From assembly GCA_964572255.1 (NCBI GenBank), contig CAZNEE010000003.1, positions 25,258 through 89,257 of the forward strand: a stretch of 64,000 bases of DNA. The letters run 5' to 3'. Of this stretch, positions 35,840 to 47,300 are shown piece by piece. The position numbers and the translations under genes are program-made. How positions within the stretch are numbered: position 1 is the stretch's first letter; each line of letters begins with the position of its first letter. Below the pieces are notes generated by a model. The model did not search any database and had not been told where the DNA came from. It saw nothing but the letters and a program-made list of their open reading frames with translations. This stretch comes from an uncultured Planctomycetia bacterium (GTDB taxonomy: Bacteria; Omnitrophota; Gorgyraeia; Tantalellales; Tantalellaceae).

Positions 35840-38800
35840 TTATGCTGACAATAGAAGCTGTCTTCTAGTATGAAGCCTGTCTTCCTTAAAAGGCCTTATC
35901 GGCATATTAAGCATAACGTTCCTGATAAGGAATAAAAGGTGCCCAAAAGCCTGGGCCTTAAGTTCTTCAGGAAGAATTTTCATGGCTCCGCTCGAAATTT
36001 CCTTGCGCGGCAGCATAAAATATAATGCCTCTCTTTTCATGGATCTGCCTGTCAACTGCTCTATGAATTTCTGAAGATCATCGGCAGCATTGCCTTCGTC
36101 TTTCTTGCTGATGTCTTCAGGCGTCACCGCCGCCAATAATATTGCCGTTCCCTCCACTTCTCTGGTGAAGTACCATCCTTTACCCTCGAGATCTTTCTCC
36201 TGATCGATATCCGGTATGACCAGTATTCTTATGTTGCCCTCCTCAAGCATCTCTCTGACTTCCGGATTTGTGCTGTTAACCGCATCCTGGATGTTGGCTT
36301 TAGTGCCTACCAGAACATTTATCTCGTCATCTTTCAGATCCATTTCAGCTACCTTATCAAGCCCTAACTTTGCCTGATAAGTCCTGATGGTAATGTTAGG
36401 ATTAACATTTTCTCTTAACTGCTGCTGCTCCCATTTATGCGAGCCCACATCATTTGAATCATCTCCCGGCGCGAACATCTCAACAGGCTGGATCAAGTTT
36501 ATTGTCTTGCCGGCCGTGACCGAGACATGTTTTCTGAGATTTTCATACGATGTATATACTATATTCTCATCTCTTGTTTTTTCATACATCACTTTAACTA
36601 CGGCACGTTCCGTTCCGGTTTCAGGCTTTATTATATAATCCTGATCCTGCGGTATATTATACTTACCTATAGCCACCGGCTCTATGGGTGTGCCTTCCGG
36701 CGTCTCTACTTTTATCTTACCTTTTTGAACAATCAGACTGTGAGCTCTCGCGGCTAAAATCTCCGGCCTCCCAACAGGTTTTATGATATCGAGTCTGTCA
36801 AAAGTATCGCCGTTCTTCAAAAACACTATTTTTTCCAGCCATTCAAATTCATCTACTGCAGGCACCTCGGGCCCTTTAGCCATAGGTTTCGGGAATTCAC
36901 GCTCTTCCAGCTGCGGCGTGAAAACATCGACGATCTTTGTTCCCGCCTCGGCTATGATCTTATAACCACCGGCGCTCGCAGGCACGAACAACATGCCTTT
37001 CCCTGGAACGGCGCGCGGTATATGATAAGCTGTGCCATCTACTCCTGCCACGCTGGCTTCGCCGCCCTCAATGAGCCAAAATCTATGCAGGCTGGCAATA
37101 TCGGAAACTTCTATTACGCCTGATCCGGTAAAAGTTATTACATGCGCTTCCAAACCCTTGCTTTCAAAATTGCCCGGCATGCGTTCGATCTTGTATGTAT
37201 CAGTAGCCTCGATAACTTCCATGGACGTTATCTTGCCGACCACCGGTATAGATTCATGGATCCTGTCAAGATCAAGACCTTTTTTAGCTTCGGGATACCA
37301 TGAACGATACCTTAATCTGTCAAAATCATCAGTTGATTGAGTCGTGCCGGGGATCTGCGGCTCTACGACCGTGACTCCCGGACCAAGAGCATGCAGCATC
37401 CCGGCTTTTACGGGAATAACATCGCCCGGTTTCACTTCAACATAGTTGTAAAATTTTTCCATCTCATTCCGTAAAACTTCTATAGTTTTTATATGCACAC
37501 CGAGATGTTCGTTTTTAGGCGAAGAGGCTCTTGCCATTCTGGCGACAGGAAGGACCCTGCCGACTTTCTCAAGCTGTTTTTCATATCCCAAGTGTACGAG
37601 AACTTCGTAAAGATCTTTTAATTTACTATCGTACGCATTTGCTATGTTCTGATAAGCCTCGCTGACGCCGATCTTTTGGCCTTCGTGTTCCTCTATTGCT
37701 TCTTCGCTGAAACCGAATATGATCCTGGCTCCCTCTTCCGCTTCCGTAACAAGCCAGGATTCATTCTTTGTTTCGTGGAACTGGACTGAAAGCCATTCCT
37801 GCGGTGTAAGGAGTTTTACCAGCGGCATTTCAGCGCCATAATCCATTACGGGTTTTTCGCCAAGTGCTTCTTTTGGAACTTGAGCAATAACACCGAACAT
37901 GGGAGCTGCCTCATCCTCTATTTTCAACAAAGCGGTCTTAGGTGCCATGAAACCGTCCCAATATTCTCCTATTTTGACGCTGACTATCTGATCTTCTCTT
38001 CCCCATTCCTTGGCTTCCCTGTAAGGTTCGCTGTAAACCGGTTTACCTTCTTTAAGCGCAGTAGCTATAAGGCCTTCAGGCGTGTTTTCATCAATTGTCC
38101 TTGCGGCCCAAACGCCGGGTGATTGTGTTTGAGGCGGCGCATCTTTTTTAAGCGCCTTATCGACCATCTTTTGTACGATCGCGACTCTCTTAGCAAGCAT
38201 TTCCGTACAGCGATCCGATGTTTTTGCGCCTACATAAAATCTGAAAATGGGTTCATTGCCCGAAGGACGCAAATGAACAACATCGTCATTGGCGAATGTC
38301 ATCCTTATTCCGTCAATAAGGTTCAACATCACGATCTCATCTTCAAATCCCATTTCGCTTGTGAAATAACCTTTAATGTTCTTTCTGATCTCCAAAAGCT
38401 CATCGAGCTCATCATCTGTAAGTTTATATTCAGCCTCATCTTTATCTATCGCAGTAACGCCTTTTTCGTCATCAAACTTTACCTCACCTATTTTACTTTT
38501 CTTATCTTTCGGAGAAAACATCGCCACTATCGCTTTCCCGACATCAGGAGTATATTCCGGTATTTCCCCTTTTTCAATAATATTGCCGCTCTTATCTTTT
38601 TTGTCGCCTGAAACTTTGCTTGCGTCAGTTTGATAAGAAGCAAGCCTTGAGGCTATGAGTTCTGAAGCTTTCTGGCCCTCAGCGATCTGTCCTATAGCAA
38701 GAAGAAGCGGAAGCGCGGCATCCCGTGATGGGATCGGAAGCAGTTCTTTATTGCCTCCGGGGATCTTGAAATTGGTTGCCGTGAGAAAACCTCCGTTCGA

Positions 38801-41800
38801 TTCCCAGCTGATAACTTTTGCTTTCTTCTTGTCTTTATCGGAAAGCGGAACACGATAATCATTCATGGCTTTAATGACATACGGCGAACCGATCTTTGTT
38901 CTTTTCACTTTTATTTTTTTACCTTTAGCGGATTTCATGTTTTTAAGATCTTTAACCATCTCCGGATTAGCGCTTGTGGCTATCGCTATAAAGTCCGGTT
39001 TTAGAAACTGTGCGGCTAAAGCGCCGAGTTTATCGCCCGGCAGGAAATTCCCGTTCTCATCCGCGAAAAGAGGCCTGTCAGAATCACCGTCTGTTGAAAT
39101 AATAACATCCGGGCTATACTCCTCTGCAAACTGTTTAAGAAGATCCCTTGTTTCGTCCGAAAGCTTTTCCGTATCAACAGGAATAAATTTATCATCACTT
39201 CTTTCAACAGGTATAATCTCAGCACCTAAAGCCGCCAATATTTTCTCTAATATATCCCTGCCGACGGCTGAATGCTGGTAAAGCACTATTCTTTTGCCTT
39301 TCAAGAAATCTGCCGGGAATGAATCAATATAACGCTGTATATAAGCTTCTCTTGCCTTCTCATTCACGGATTTAAACTCGGCAGGAGCCATCTTAAATAT
39401 GCCGTCTCCGCTGAACTGGAGTTCATCCCAGTCTTTAGCGTATATTTTCTTTCTTATATTTTTAACATTCGCAAGAATGCCCGCCTCGTCGTCTTTTAAA
39501 ACCTCGCCGTTTGGTTTGACGAACTTGATCCCGTTCCTATCATCGGGAATATGGCTTCCTGTTACCATGATACTCGCGCGTCCGTTCTGCATCCCCCAGT
39601 AAGTAATTGCAGGCGTCGGCAGTTCGCCGCAATAATCGACCGCGCAACCCGCCTCTTCTATAGCTTTAGCGACCGCTTTAAGGATCCTGCCGGTACTTGA
39701 ACGGCGGTCTCCGGCGATGGAAATGGTATCGCCGCGTTTTATATCCTCAGAATTTATAAGATACTCGATGTAACCGCGTGTGTTGATATAACACTCCATG
39801 TCGGTCATATTAACGACTTCATCCCTCAACCCGCTTGTCCCGAAGGTGAGTGTTTTAAATTTTTCCATTTTTTCATCAATTCTTGCGATCTCCCCCAGCG
39901 CTTCCTGACGTCTCCTTTCGAGTTCTTCCATGCTTACGCCCGCCATGACCTCATGCGTTTCTTTGAATGACAATTCATTGTTATATATAGGTACATTGTA
40001 AGTGTTATTTTTATCTCTCAGATTGGTGTCTTCGGAAACCATCATACCGACAGGCCCATTATCTGTCAAGACAGTTCCATGCCTCATTTTTTCATCAAGC
40101 GCGAGATCATCCAGCTTGCTGCCCAACGATTTATAGATACCACTATGCTGGTTTAGAACAGTTTTTCCTGTTCTGGAACTGGATACAGCAAAAGAATCCG
40201 TTATCTCCACATCCCCAAGCGTGGAGTCCTTAATTACACTTCCGTTTACTTTGCCCGCACCCGTGATCTTGCTGTTTATGATAACGGAATTTCTGACCTT
40301 AACATCTTCGCTTATCTCTGAATTAATTATGATATTGCCGTTTGCATCCCTTACTCCGGAAATACCTTCGATCTTACGCGCAACAATGCCGTCCGGACCG
40401 TCGTCATTTATAGCCAGATATTTTTCTCTCATGGCTTCATGCTGACCTATATCGGGCCAGTAAACATTATCCCCGAGATCGAATATTTTTAGACTTAACT
40501 CTCTGCCGTATTTTTCTTTGAATATTTCTTTTACTCTTTGCACTTTTTCAAAGAACCAGGGAACCATCTTAACAAGTTCCTCTAGTTTTCCGTCAGCTTC
40601 AACAGCCTTGCCCCACTTATCAGTATCATTATCCATCGCAAGCGCCATCAAAAAATAAGGATCAAAATCAAAATATACTCCATCCTTTTTTATCTCTTTA
40701 TCAAAAACCTCTGAAGCGATGTCAAGCACATCATATGACACGGCTACAGGCCCAAGACTTATGCCGACTCTATCCGAATCAATGCCAAGCTCCTGCATTT
40801 TAGCTTTCAGGTCTTCGCGCAAAGCCTCAGCTCCATTCGGATTACGAGCCACCTGCGCCAGCATGTTGCCTTGCTCGTCAAAAATAACCCAATCCTTTTG
40901 CTTCGCTTTTTCATCGGAGATCTCATCAAGTTCCATTACCGAAACAACTTTCATCACGTCTCTTTCGGCCAGCGATTCGCCTTCTTCCGGGGCCGCAAAA
41001 AGATCGACCGAAGCGACCTGGGTTTCATCTCCCCATTTATCAAGTATGCCCCTGAATCCTCTTGCCTCAAGATATTTAGCCACAGGACCAAAATACAAAA
41101 GCGCTTCCTCAATGGCTGATATGGACTCTTTGGATCCATCAATATCCATGCTTGCCGCGGTGGAAGCGATAGCCGGTTTACGCACAGCCTCTACATCCGT
41201 AAAAGGCGACATCCTCTCGCCCTGGCCGAAAAGCATGCCTATTAAAGTCACATAATCCCTATAATTGATCTTAGCTTTTTTAGCCGCTTTTTTAATGTAG
41301 TCATAAGCGAGCAGTGTGCCTAAAAAGTTCCCCTCTCTTGTCTTTTTTTCTATTTTTCCTTTTTTTGTCTTTGTTTCTATTTGTTCCTTCAACGCGAGCA
41401 TCAAAGTGCTGTTATCGCTGTTAAACAGGCTTTTGGCCGTCTGGTCAAACCTTTCCTGCCAATCTTTTTGGTCACGTTCCATGGAAACAACAGCGACGAT
41501 CTTCACATTATCGTTCGCTTTAATGGCTTTATGAGTGTTGTCTATATTTTGAAGATTTGTCCTAAGCCCGGAATTTTCAGCTATTAATCTCTCTTCGTCC
41601 AACTTCGTCCTTTCTTCAGCTTCTTTTTTCCTTTTTTCGCCTATCTTTCGGCGTATGTCCATGATATTGACTTTCTCACGGACTTCCTTCTCTGTCATCC
41701 CATATACTATATGATAAATTTCGTGTAATGCCAAGCGCTGAATTTCATCCTCTGTCAGAATTTCGAAATCTTCGGCATCCATGTACATGTTAGGGGTCAA

Positions 41801-44128
41801 AGATGTGTGGCCCGGAAAACGTCCGGGATGAGCTATCAGGTCGAGCGGGATCTTATCTTCGTCATTTTCGACCGCTTCATTGAATTTTTCATATATTTTC
41901 AACAGCCCGGGGATAGAATATAACTTGATGCTGATATCCTTGACCGTATGGTTCTTGACATTTACATCGATTTCCTGAACATCATCATCGTACCCCAGGT
42001 CCCGGCCAAGGCCCTGACTTAACATGCCGCCGAGCACAACATTAATATTTTTATGCTGTTTATCGGTAAGAGCTTCTACCCTGACAAGAACACTCGCGGC
42101 TTCATTGCCCGGTGAAAATCTGTTCTTGAATACCACCCTTATAACATTTTTGGTCGCTTCGCTGAGCTCATGTCCTGTCCATTCAGCACTGATCTCGCAC
42201 TTACGGATGTATGCTTTTAAAATATCTTTCCATTCATCCGACGCTTTCTGCCAAACTCCCGGATCGGCGTTCTTCTCTACTTCTTTAAGCCATTCCTCCA
42301 CCAGTTTTATTACCACACCGTCATGGAAGTCTTTGGCTATTTTTTCATAAGGTATAACTTCTTCGCCGGCCTGCTGCATCTTTTCATAAACATCCTTGAG
42401 CTCCTCGTCTATTTCTTTAAGCTGATCAGGATGTTCAAGAAAAAGCGGTGTAAGATAGACCGCTCTCATCAAGGGGTTCATCATTCCGCTTTCCGGCTTG
42501 GCAACCTCTTCACTTGATTTTTTGACGTCGCTCATGCCGGCTATCGCGGCGCTTTCAGTGATAATATCTTCAATGGAAGTTCTCTGGTTAGTAAGTACTT
42601 TTATGTAAGGAGTTTCAACATCTTTTGTGATCTTGGGAGTAATAACAACGTAAGATATGCCTTTTTTCTCGAGTATATCTTTCATGCCTCTTGTGTGGAA
42701 CCCTCCAGCTATCATGACACATGCATTTTCTCCGGATTTTTCCATTTCCTTAAGGGTGTTCTCGATCAGTACATTGTCTCTTTTCATCGCTATCTCGTAA
42801 AAACTTACCATGTCAGGAAGATTTTCACTGACCTGAAGAGGTATCCCGTTCAGGGAATAATTCAGCGCATATTTATTGCACAGATCCCCAATAAAAGCGG
42901 CAACGTCATCTAGAGTAAATTCATCCTGATATTTTTTGAAAGTGTCATAATCGCCGTTGGTAAGTTCGATATTCACAAGATCCAGATACAGATCGATCAT
43001 GTGCGCGTATTTATCAAGCGTTCGCTGCGCCTCATCGGTAAATAATTTGTCTTTGATCCTTGTTTTCGCGATCTCTATCTCATGAAAAAGCCCTTCATTA
43101 TCGATCATGTCATAAAGTTTGGTGTAAAGGTAATAGTAAAAAAGATTGGGATATTCCTGGACTATCGGCAGATTATGTGTTTTGGCAAGTTCTCTTAAAT
43201 AAGTGTAAAATTCAACCGCCTTTATGTGCCCCTTTTTGAATCTTATGCTCTCTCCGACAAGCGCTGTCATCTCTTCTTTGGTGAGTTTATCGCTTAAAGC
43301 GTCGATATAACGGCTTCTTTCCTGATCGACTATATCAAAATCTATTTTTTGTTCATATTCCAGAGTCTCTATGAGCTTTTTTAAATTGGCAAGATCTTCC
43401 AGTTTAACGCCTTTTTTCGACGCATTCTTATAGAGATAATCCGCGAACGCGCTAAGTTCCAGTTCCTTTTCTCCAAACGCCGTGATTCTCTGGTCAAGCT
43501 CTTTTAATTTTGGAGGATAAATAATTGATTTGAGCCTGCTTACTACTGTCTTTAGATCGGTAAAATAATTCTCTATATTATTTTTATGAGGGTAAACTTT
43601 GGTGAAGGCTTTAAGGTTCTTAATGTAATAATCTCTCGTTTCAGCACCGAATATCGTGCCGTTATAATTTGATGTGATCGAATAAAACTCCGTACCGGTT
43701 ATCTCGCCTTTTTTCATGAAATAATCGGCGACTTCCTTGCGGATCTCAGCATCCGGAAAGGCCCTGAACCAGCTTGTATCTACCAGGCCTTCGGCACCTT
43801 CCACTGAAATAACATCAACACCGCATTCGGTATGAAGCTGATCGAGCATTTTGTTGATATTGTGCTGGGCTTCATAATTACAGTGGGCATCCTGGATGTG
43901 AATTATGATCTTGTCTGTCTTACCTTCGAATTTTTCCTTAACAATCCCGTAATCAAGAGCAACTCCGATATCCTCAACAGTAAGCTTATCTGTTATCTCT
44001 TGAACTTCGGGCGCGGTTACTTTGTTTTCCGGCACCGTGTAACCGATACTGTAGAAAGAAAATGTAAATAAGACAAAAAATGTCGCAAGTTTAAATAATA
44101 ATGTTTTTTTCATCCCTTCACCAAACAT
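35840..44128 (-). CDS. Giant multidomain protein 1 (2762 aa)
   Basis: Single uninterrupted ORF; the likely start is MKKTLLF at about 44113 after GGTGAAGGG. Domains in order: N-terminal signal/TM; a TraB/GumN/Tiki-like module (nt 42540-43920); a GMP-like nucleotidyltransferase tail (YWPDIGQ) with left-handed beta-helix repeats (about 40200-41000); a four-domain phosphohexomutase (FGTSGLR, TGSHIP, DGDSDR, RPSGNEP; 38200-39845); a type-I mannose-6-phosphate isomerase cupin (GDVIPVKAGMLHALGPG; 36900-37900); and a C-terminal region of unknown function. Confidence 0.75.
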   Translation of the reverse strand: MFGEGMKKTLLFKLATFFVLFTFSFYSIGYTVPENKVTAPEVQEITDKLTVEDIGVALDYGIVKEKFEGKTDKIIIHIQDAHCNYEAQHNINKMLDQLHTECGVDVISVEGAEGLVDTSWFRAFPDAEIRKEVADYFMKKGEITGTEFYSITSNYNGTIFGAETRDYYIKNLKAFTKVYPHKNNIENYFTDLKTVVSRLKSIIYPPKLKELDQRITAFGEKELELSAFADYLYKNASKKGVKLEDLANLKKLIETLEYEQKIDFDIVDQERSRYIDALSDKLTKEEMTALVGESIRFKKGHIKAVEFYTYLRELAKTHNLPIVQEYPNLFYYYLYTKLYDMIDNEGLFHEIEIAKTRIKDKLFTDEAQRTLDKYAHMIDLYLDLVNIELTNGDYDTFKKYQDEFTLDDVAAFIGDLCNKYALNYSLNGIPLQVSENLPDMVSFYEIAMKRDNVLIENTLKEMEKSGENACVMIAGGFHTRGMKDILEKKGISYVVITPKITKDVETPYIKVLTNQRTSIEDIITESAAIAGMSDVKKSSEEVAKPESGMMNPLMRAVYLTPLFLEHPDQLKEIDEELKDVYEKMQQAGEEVIPYEKIAKDFHDGVVIKLVEEWLKEVEKNADPGVWQKASDEWKDILKAYIRKCEISAEWTGHELSEATKNVIRVVFKNRFSPGNEAASVLVRVEALTDKQHKNINVVLGGMLSQGLGRDLGYDDDVQEIDVNVKNHTVKDISIKLYSIPGLLKIYEKFNEAVENDEDKIPLDLIAHPGRFPGHTSLTPNMYMDAEDFEILTEDEIQRLALHEIYHIVYGMTEKEVREKVNIMDIRRKIGEKRKKEAEERTKLDEERLIAENSGLRTNLQNIDNTHKAIKANDNVKIVAVVSMERDQKDWQERFDQTAKSLFNSDNSTLMLALKEQIETKTKKGKIEKKTREGNFLGTLLAYDYIKKAAKKAKINYRDYVTLIGMLFGQGERMSPFTDVEAVRKPAIASTAASMDIDGSKESISAIEEALLYFGPVAKYLEARGFRGILDKWGDETQVASVDLFAAPEEGESLAERDVMKVVSVMELDEISDEKAKQKDWVIFDEQGNMLAQVARNPNGAEALREDLKAKMQELGIDSDRVGISLGPVAVSYDVLDIASEVFDKEIKKDGVYFDFDPYFLMALAMDNDTDKWGKAVEADGKLEELVKMVPWFFEKVQRVKEIFKEKYGRELSLKIFDLGDNVYWPDIGQHEAMREKYLAINDDGPDGIVARKIEGISGVRDANGNIIINSEISEDVKVRNSVIINSKITGAGKVNGSVIKDSTLGDVEITDSFAVSSSRTGKTVLNQHSGIYKSLGSKLDDLALDEKMRHGTVLTDNGPVGMMVSEDTNLRDKNNTYNVPIYNNELSFKETHEVMAGVSMEELERRRQEALGEIARIDEKMEKFKTLTFGTSGLRDEVVNMTDMECYINTRGYIEYLINSEDIKRGDTISIAGDRRSSTGRILKAVAKAIEEAGCAVDYCGELPTPAITYWGMQNGRASIMVTGSHIPDDRNGIKFVKPNGEVLKDDEAGILANVKNIRKKIYAKDWDELQFSGDGIFKMAPAEFKSVNEKAREAYIQRYIDSFPADFLKGKRIVLYQHSAVGRDILEKILAALGAEIIPVERSDDKFIPVDTEKLSDETRDLLKQFAEEYSPDVIISTDGDSDRPLFADENGNFLPGDKLGALAAQFLKPDFIAIATSANPEMVKDLKNMKSAKGKKIKVKRTKIGSPYVIKAMNDYRVPLSDKDKKKAKVISWESNGGFLTATNFKIPGGNKELLPIPSRDAALPLLLAIGQIAEGQKASELIASRLASYQTDASKVSGDKKDKSGNIIEKGEIPEYTPDVGKAIVAMFSPKDKKSKIGEVKFDDEKGVTAIDKDEAEYKLTDDELDELLEIRKNIKGYFTSEMGFEDEIVMLNLIDGIRMTFANDDVVHLRPSGNEPIFRFYVGAKTSDRCTEMLAKRVAIVQKMVDKALKKDAPPQTQSPGVWAARTIDENTPEGLIATALKEGKPVYSEPYREAKEWGREDQIVSVKIGEYWDGFMAPKTALLKIEDEAAPMFGVIAQVPKEALGEKPVMDYGAEMPLVKLLTPQEWLSVQFHETKNESWLVTEAEEGARIIFGFSEEAIEEHEGQKIGVSEAYQNIANAYDSKLKDLYEVLVHLGYEKQLEKVGRVLPVARMARASSPKNEHLGVHIKTIEVLRNEMEKFYNYVEVKPGDVIPVKAGMLHALGPGVTVVEPQIPGTTQSTDDFDRLRYRSWYPEAKKGLDLDRIHESIPVVGKITSMEVIEATDTYKIERMPGNFESKGLEAHVITFTGSGVIEVSDIASLHRFWLIEGGEASVAGVDGTAYHIPRAVPGKGMLFVPASAGGYKIIAEAGTKIVDVFTPQLEEREFPKPMAKGPEVPAVDEFEWLEKIVFLKNGDTFDRLDIIKPVGRPEILAARAHSLIVQKGKIKVETPEGTPIEPVAIGKYNIPQDQDYIIKPETGTERAVVKVMYEKTRDENIVYTSYENLRKHVSVTAGKTINLIQPVEMFAPGDDSNDVGSHKWEQQQLRENVNPNITIRTYQAKLGLDKVAEMDLKDDEINVLVGTKANIQDAVNSTNPEVREMLEEGNIRILVIPDIDQEKDLEGKGWYFTREVEGTAILLAAVTPEDISKKDEGNAADDLQKFIEQLTGRSMKREALYFMLPRKEISSGAMKILPEELKAQAFGHLLFLIRNVMLNMPIRPFKEDRLHTRRQLLLSA

Positions 44129-44341
44129 GATTATCTCCTCTCATTATATACGTTTATGTAGTTTACTATTAATATATACAAGATAAAATCACCCCAAAAA
44201 GTAGTATTCTGACTTTTTTTTATGTTTACATTTGTTAGATGTATTATATAAGAAAACCATGTTAAAGTCAATATTATATACTCTAACTATTTTATATCTT
44301 AATACCAGTTTTGTTTGTTTAACTTTATATAAATAAAGAAC

Positions 44342-47300
44342 TTACATACTTATTAATGCAGCTTCATAGCTCATTCTTTCCGCTTCAAGTTCTTCATCAA
44401 TAGCTATCGGCTTTATTCGGAAAATATAATAGCCTAATATATCCTTTTCCAGGACGGCATTCTTGTTCATGAATTCCGGAATTTTGTTATCATTTACCAT
44501 TAGTGAAATGATCACGTTGTAAAGCTGGGATTCCAGGCCTTTTTCCATCTTGACAAAAAGCATCTTGTCCTCGTTCAAAAGGTGCATACCTTTTTCGTCA
44601 TTCTGTAGCATAAGATCCCTTGTGTCGCCTATCGCTATATCTTTTGCTTCGGCCCCGTATTTTTCATTTATAAGGGTATAGATCTTGCTCACGCTGTCTG
44701 AGTCCCTGAACGAAATATCATCTTTTGATATAACATCATCCACTCCGGCCAGCTTGAGAATCCCGTCAATATTATCTTTCGTAATATCTTCACCTTCCAG
44801 TCTTTCGCGCAGTTCCCCTGCTATTCTTATATGGAGTTTTACGGGATATTCGCCTTTGCCGAGTTTCCTGTAATCATCGATCGCTTTTCTATGCTCGTTG
44901 GCAAGCCAGCGAAGCCCGTTAATATCTTTAACTCTGAATGTAGCTATCTTTGTGCCCTCAAGCTTTGATAGTTTTGCTTGAAGGTTCTCTGCGTCTTTTG
45001 CCTGAAGCCTGTTCATCTCGGCGATCCTGTCAAATTTATACTCATATACCTTTAAGTCCGAGGACCTTAAAGACCTTAATACCGCAAAGCGGTTTGATAT
45101 GATATCCAAGACTTGCTGAATTTCGCCCATGCTTTTTCCGCTAAGTGAGGTCATTTCCGGACTTCTATTAAATTCGCTTATAAATTTTGCCTTATCTTTC
45201 TCTTCAATATCCGTTATAAATTCATGTAATACTTCCTGGAAATCTCCTTCCGCGCCCTGGATCAAACCGGCGGTATACGCACCGTACTCCCTCCTGAATG
45301 CTTCTAATTTTTCCAGATTTTCTTCCTCGCTGCCTGCGCTTAAAGCCACGCCTTTTATGCCTCCTATATTGCTTTTGAGCATTTCTTCATCTATTCTCTC
45401 CTGCGAAACTCCGATAACTCCGATAACTATGCCGATCGATTCTTTCTGATGAATATAGTCATTTATTTCTTTAGGCAATTCATCGTATTTTGGACAATGG
45501 ATGCCATTAGCTATAAGGCCTATTTTTTCATGAGCTACAAGAGCTTTTCCGAGATTATAAAGTCCTTCCATCTCTGCACCGCGCTGAAGGGCTAACTTTA
45601 TGAAATCTCCTCTTAACGTGCCCGGAGCCGCTTCGAAAGCCTTGGTCGCGCCTACGACAACCCTTTTGAAGATGTCCTGGAAGGGGATGGATTCAAGCTT
45701 TTCATCATCAGGATATTCCGAATCGGCGCCAAAATCTCTAACAAGCTGTCTGCGGGATACACGCGACCTAAGAATCACCATCTCAACGCCGCGGTTAAGG
45801 CATTCTATCGAGTATTTCAGCAGCCTTACTGATTCAAGATCAGGATGTTCTTTATCCACCTTCATGAACCACGTGTAGAACTTTTCTCCGTTTCCTGTTT
45901 CAAGGGCTTCTCTTGCGTCTTTTACATCAATACCCTCTTTTTCGATATCATTAACGGAATATTCAAGTCCGCTGCCCGCGCCCCAACGTTTCAACACTTC
46001 ATCCATTCCTATAGGGCCGATCTTCTTTCCTACGCGCCCTACGTCAAAACCTTTTTCTTCCAAGTATCGTACGATACGCAGGCGAAGTTCTTCCGGTATC
46101 CCCATCTTGAACAGCATGACCGCATGATTTTCTTCTCCTGGATCTTCCTCAAGGCCTTCCCGCAAGGTTTTGTTCAAGATCTCCGCTTTGTCCTGGTCTG
46201 TGGAATATATCTCTTTTTTTAATCTCTCGAGAACATCTTTTTCAGTTACGGTTTCACCGTCGATAACACTGCCGTATGAAGATATGATCTCCCTCAGAGC
46301 TTCTTTTTTCTTCTTAAAAAGATCCACGGTTTCAGATCTCGAAAATGAATCCACAAAAAGAAGATAAATATCCGCGAACAGATCATCCGAAAGTTCTATC
46401 CCTTCCGGGAATTCAATTTCCCTTCTCACCTCAAAAAACAAAAAATCCTCAAAATCGCTTACGCTCAAAAGGACTTTTTCCGCATTTAAGAACGACGGCT
46501 GTATCTCGTTGGTTTCCTCTAGGATCATATCGTTATAGAACTTCTCGCGGTCATTCTCAGACATGCTGCGTGTTATTCTGTTCGTGCGAAGACGGCGCAT
46601 CAATTTTACTTTTCTCATTTGAGACCTGGTCCACACGGCAACTAGACTATCGAACAGTTTCTCTCGTTCCCCTTCAAGAAACGCTTCATTACTGCCGAAA
46701 AGGCGTCCGGTGATAATATAGACATCTTTCTTGTTCGGTATGATCTTCTCGACGAAATCACCTGTAATGAAAGTCCCGTTCTTTCTCTCCGTAATATCAA
46801 CATACAGGTTTTTCCTGTCAAATTTTCTGTCACTGTACTTTTCAATATCTTTTATTCTTTGGACCACTTGTTCCTTGAGGGCTTTATCTTTTACAAGCCA
46901 ATTGCCTTCCTCATCAAATAGCTGCTGCAGGAGCAGGGTCTCTTTGACCCTTATGACCCGCGCTCCGTTTTTCTTAAGATCGTCAACCAATTTCCTTATA
47001 GCCTCGGTAAGCTCTTTCTCTTTCACCTTGCCTGACCCGTCTAAATACGCGTTCGATCCTATAGTGTCTATAATGCGGATCCTCTTGCTCTCTTCCGGAA
47101 CGTAAAAAGGCATGAAAAGCTCGTCATGACCGCCGCGGCCATTTCTTAGGTTGTGTATGAAGCTCCTGAATCCAAGAGTTCCTTTGAAGCCGAATTTCCC
47201 GGAAATCCCCAAAGGCGTCTCTCTTCGCGAGTGATCCAACAGCCATCCCGATTCCATGGAAATGCGGTTGACTTTAACACTGTCCCCCATTTTTTCCTTC

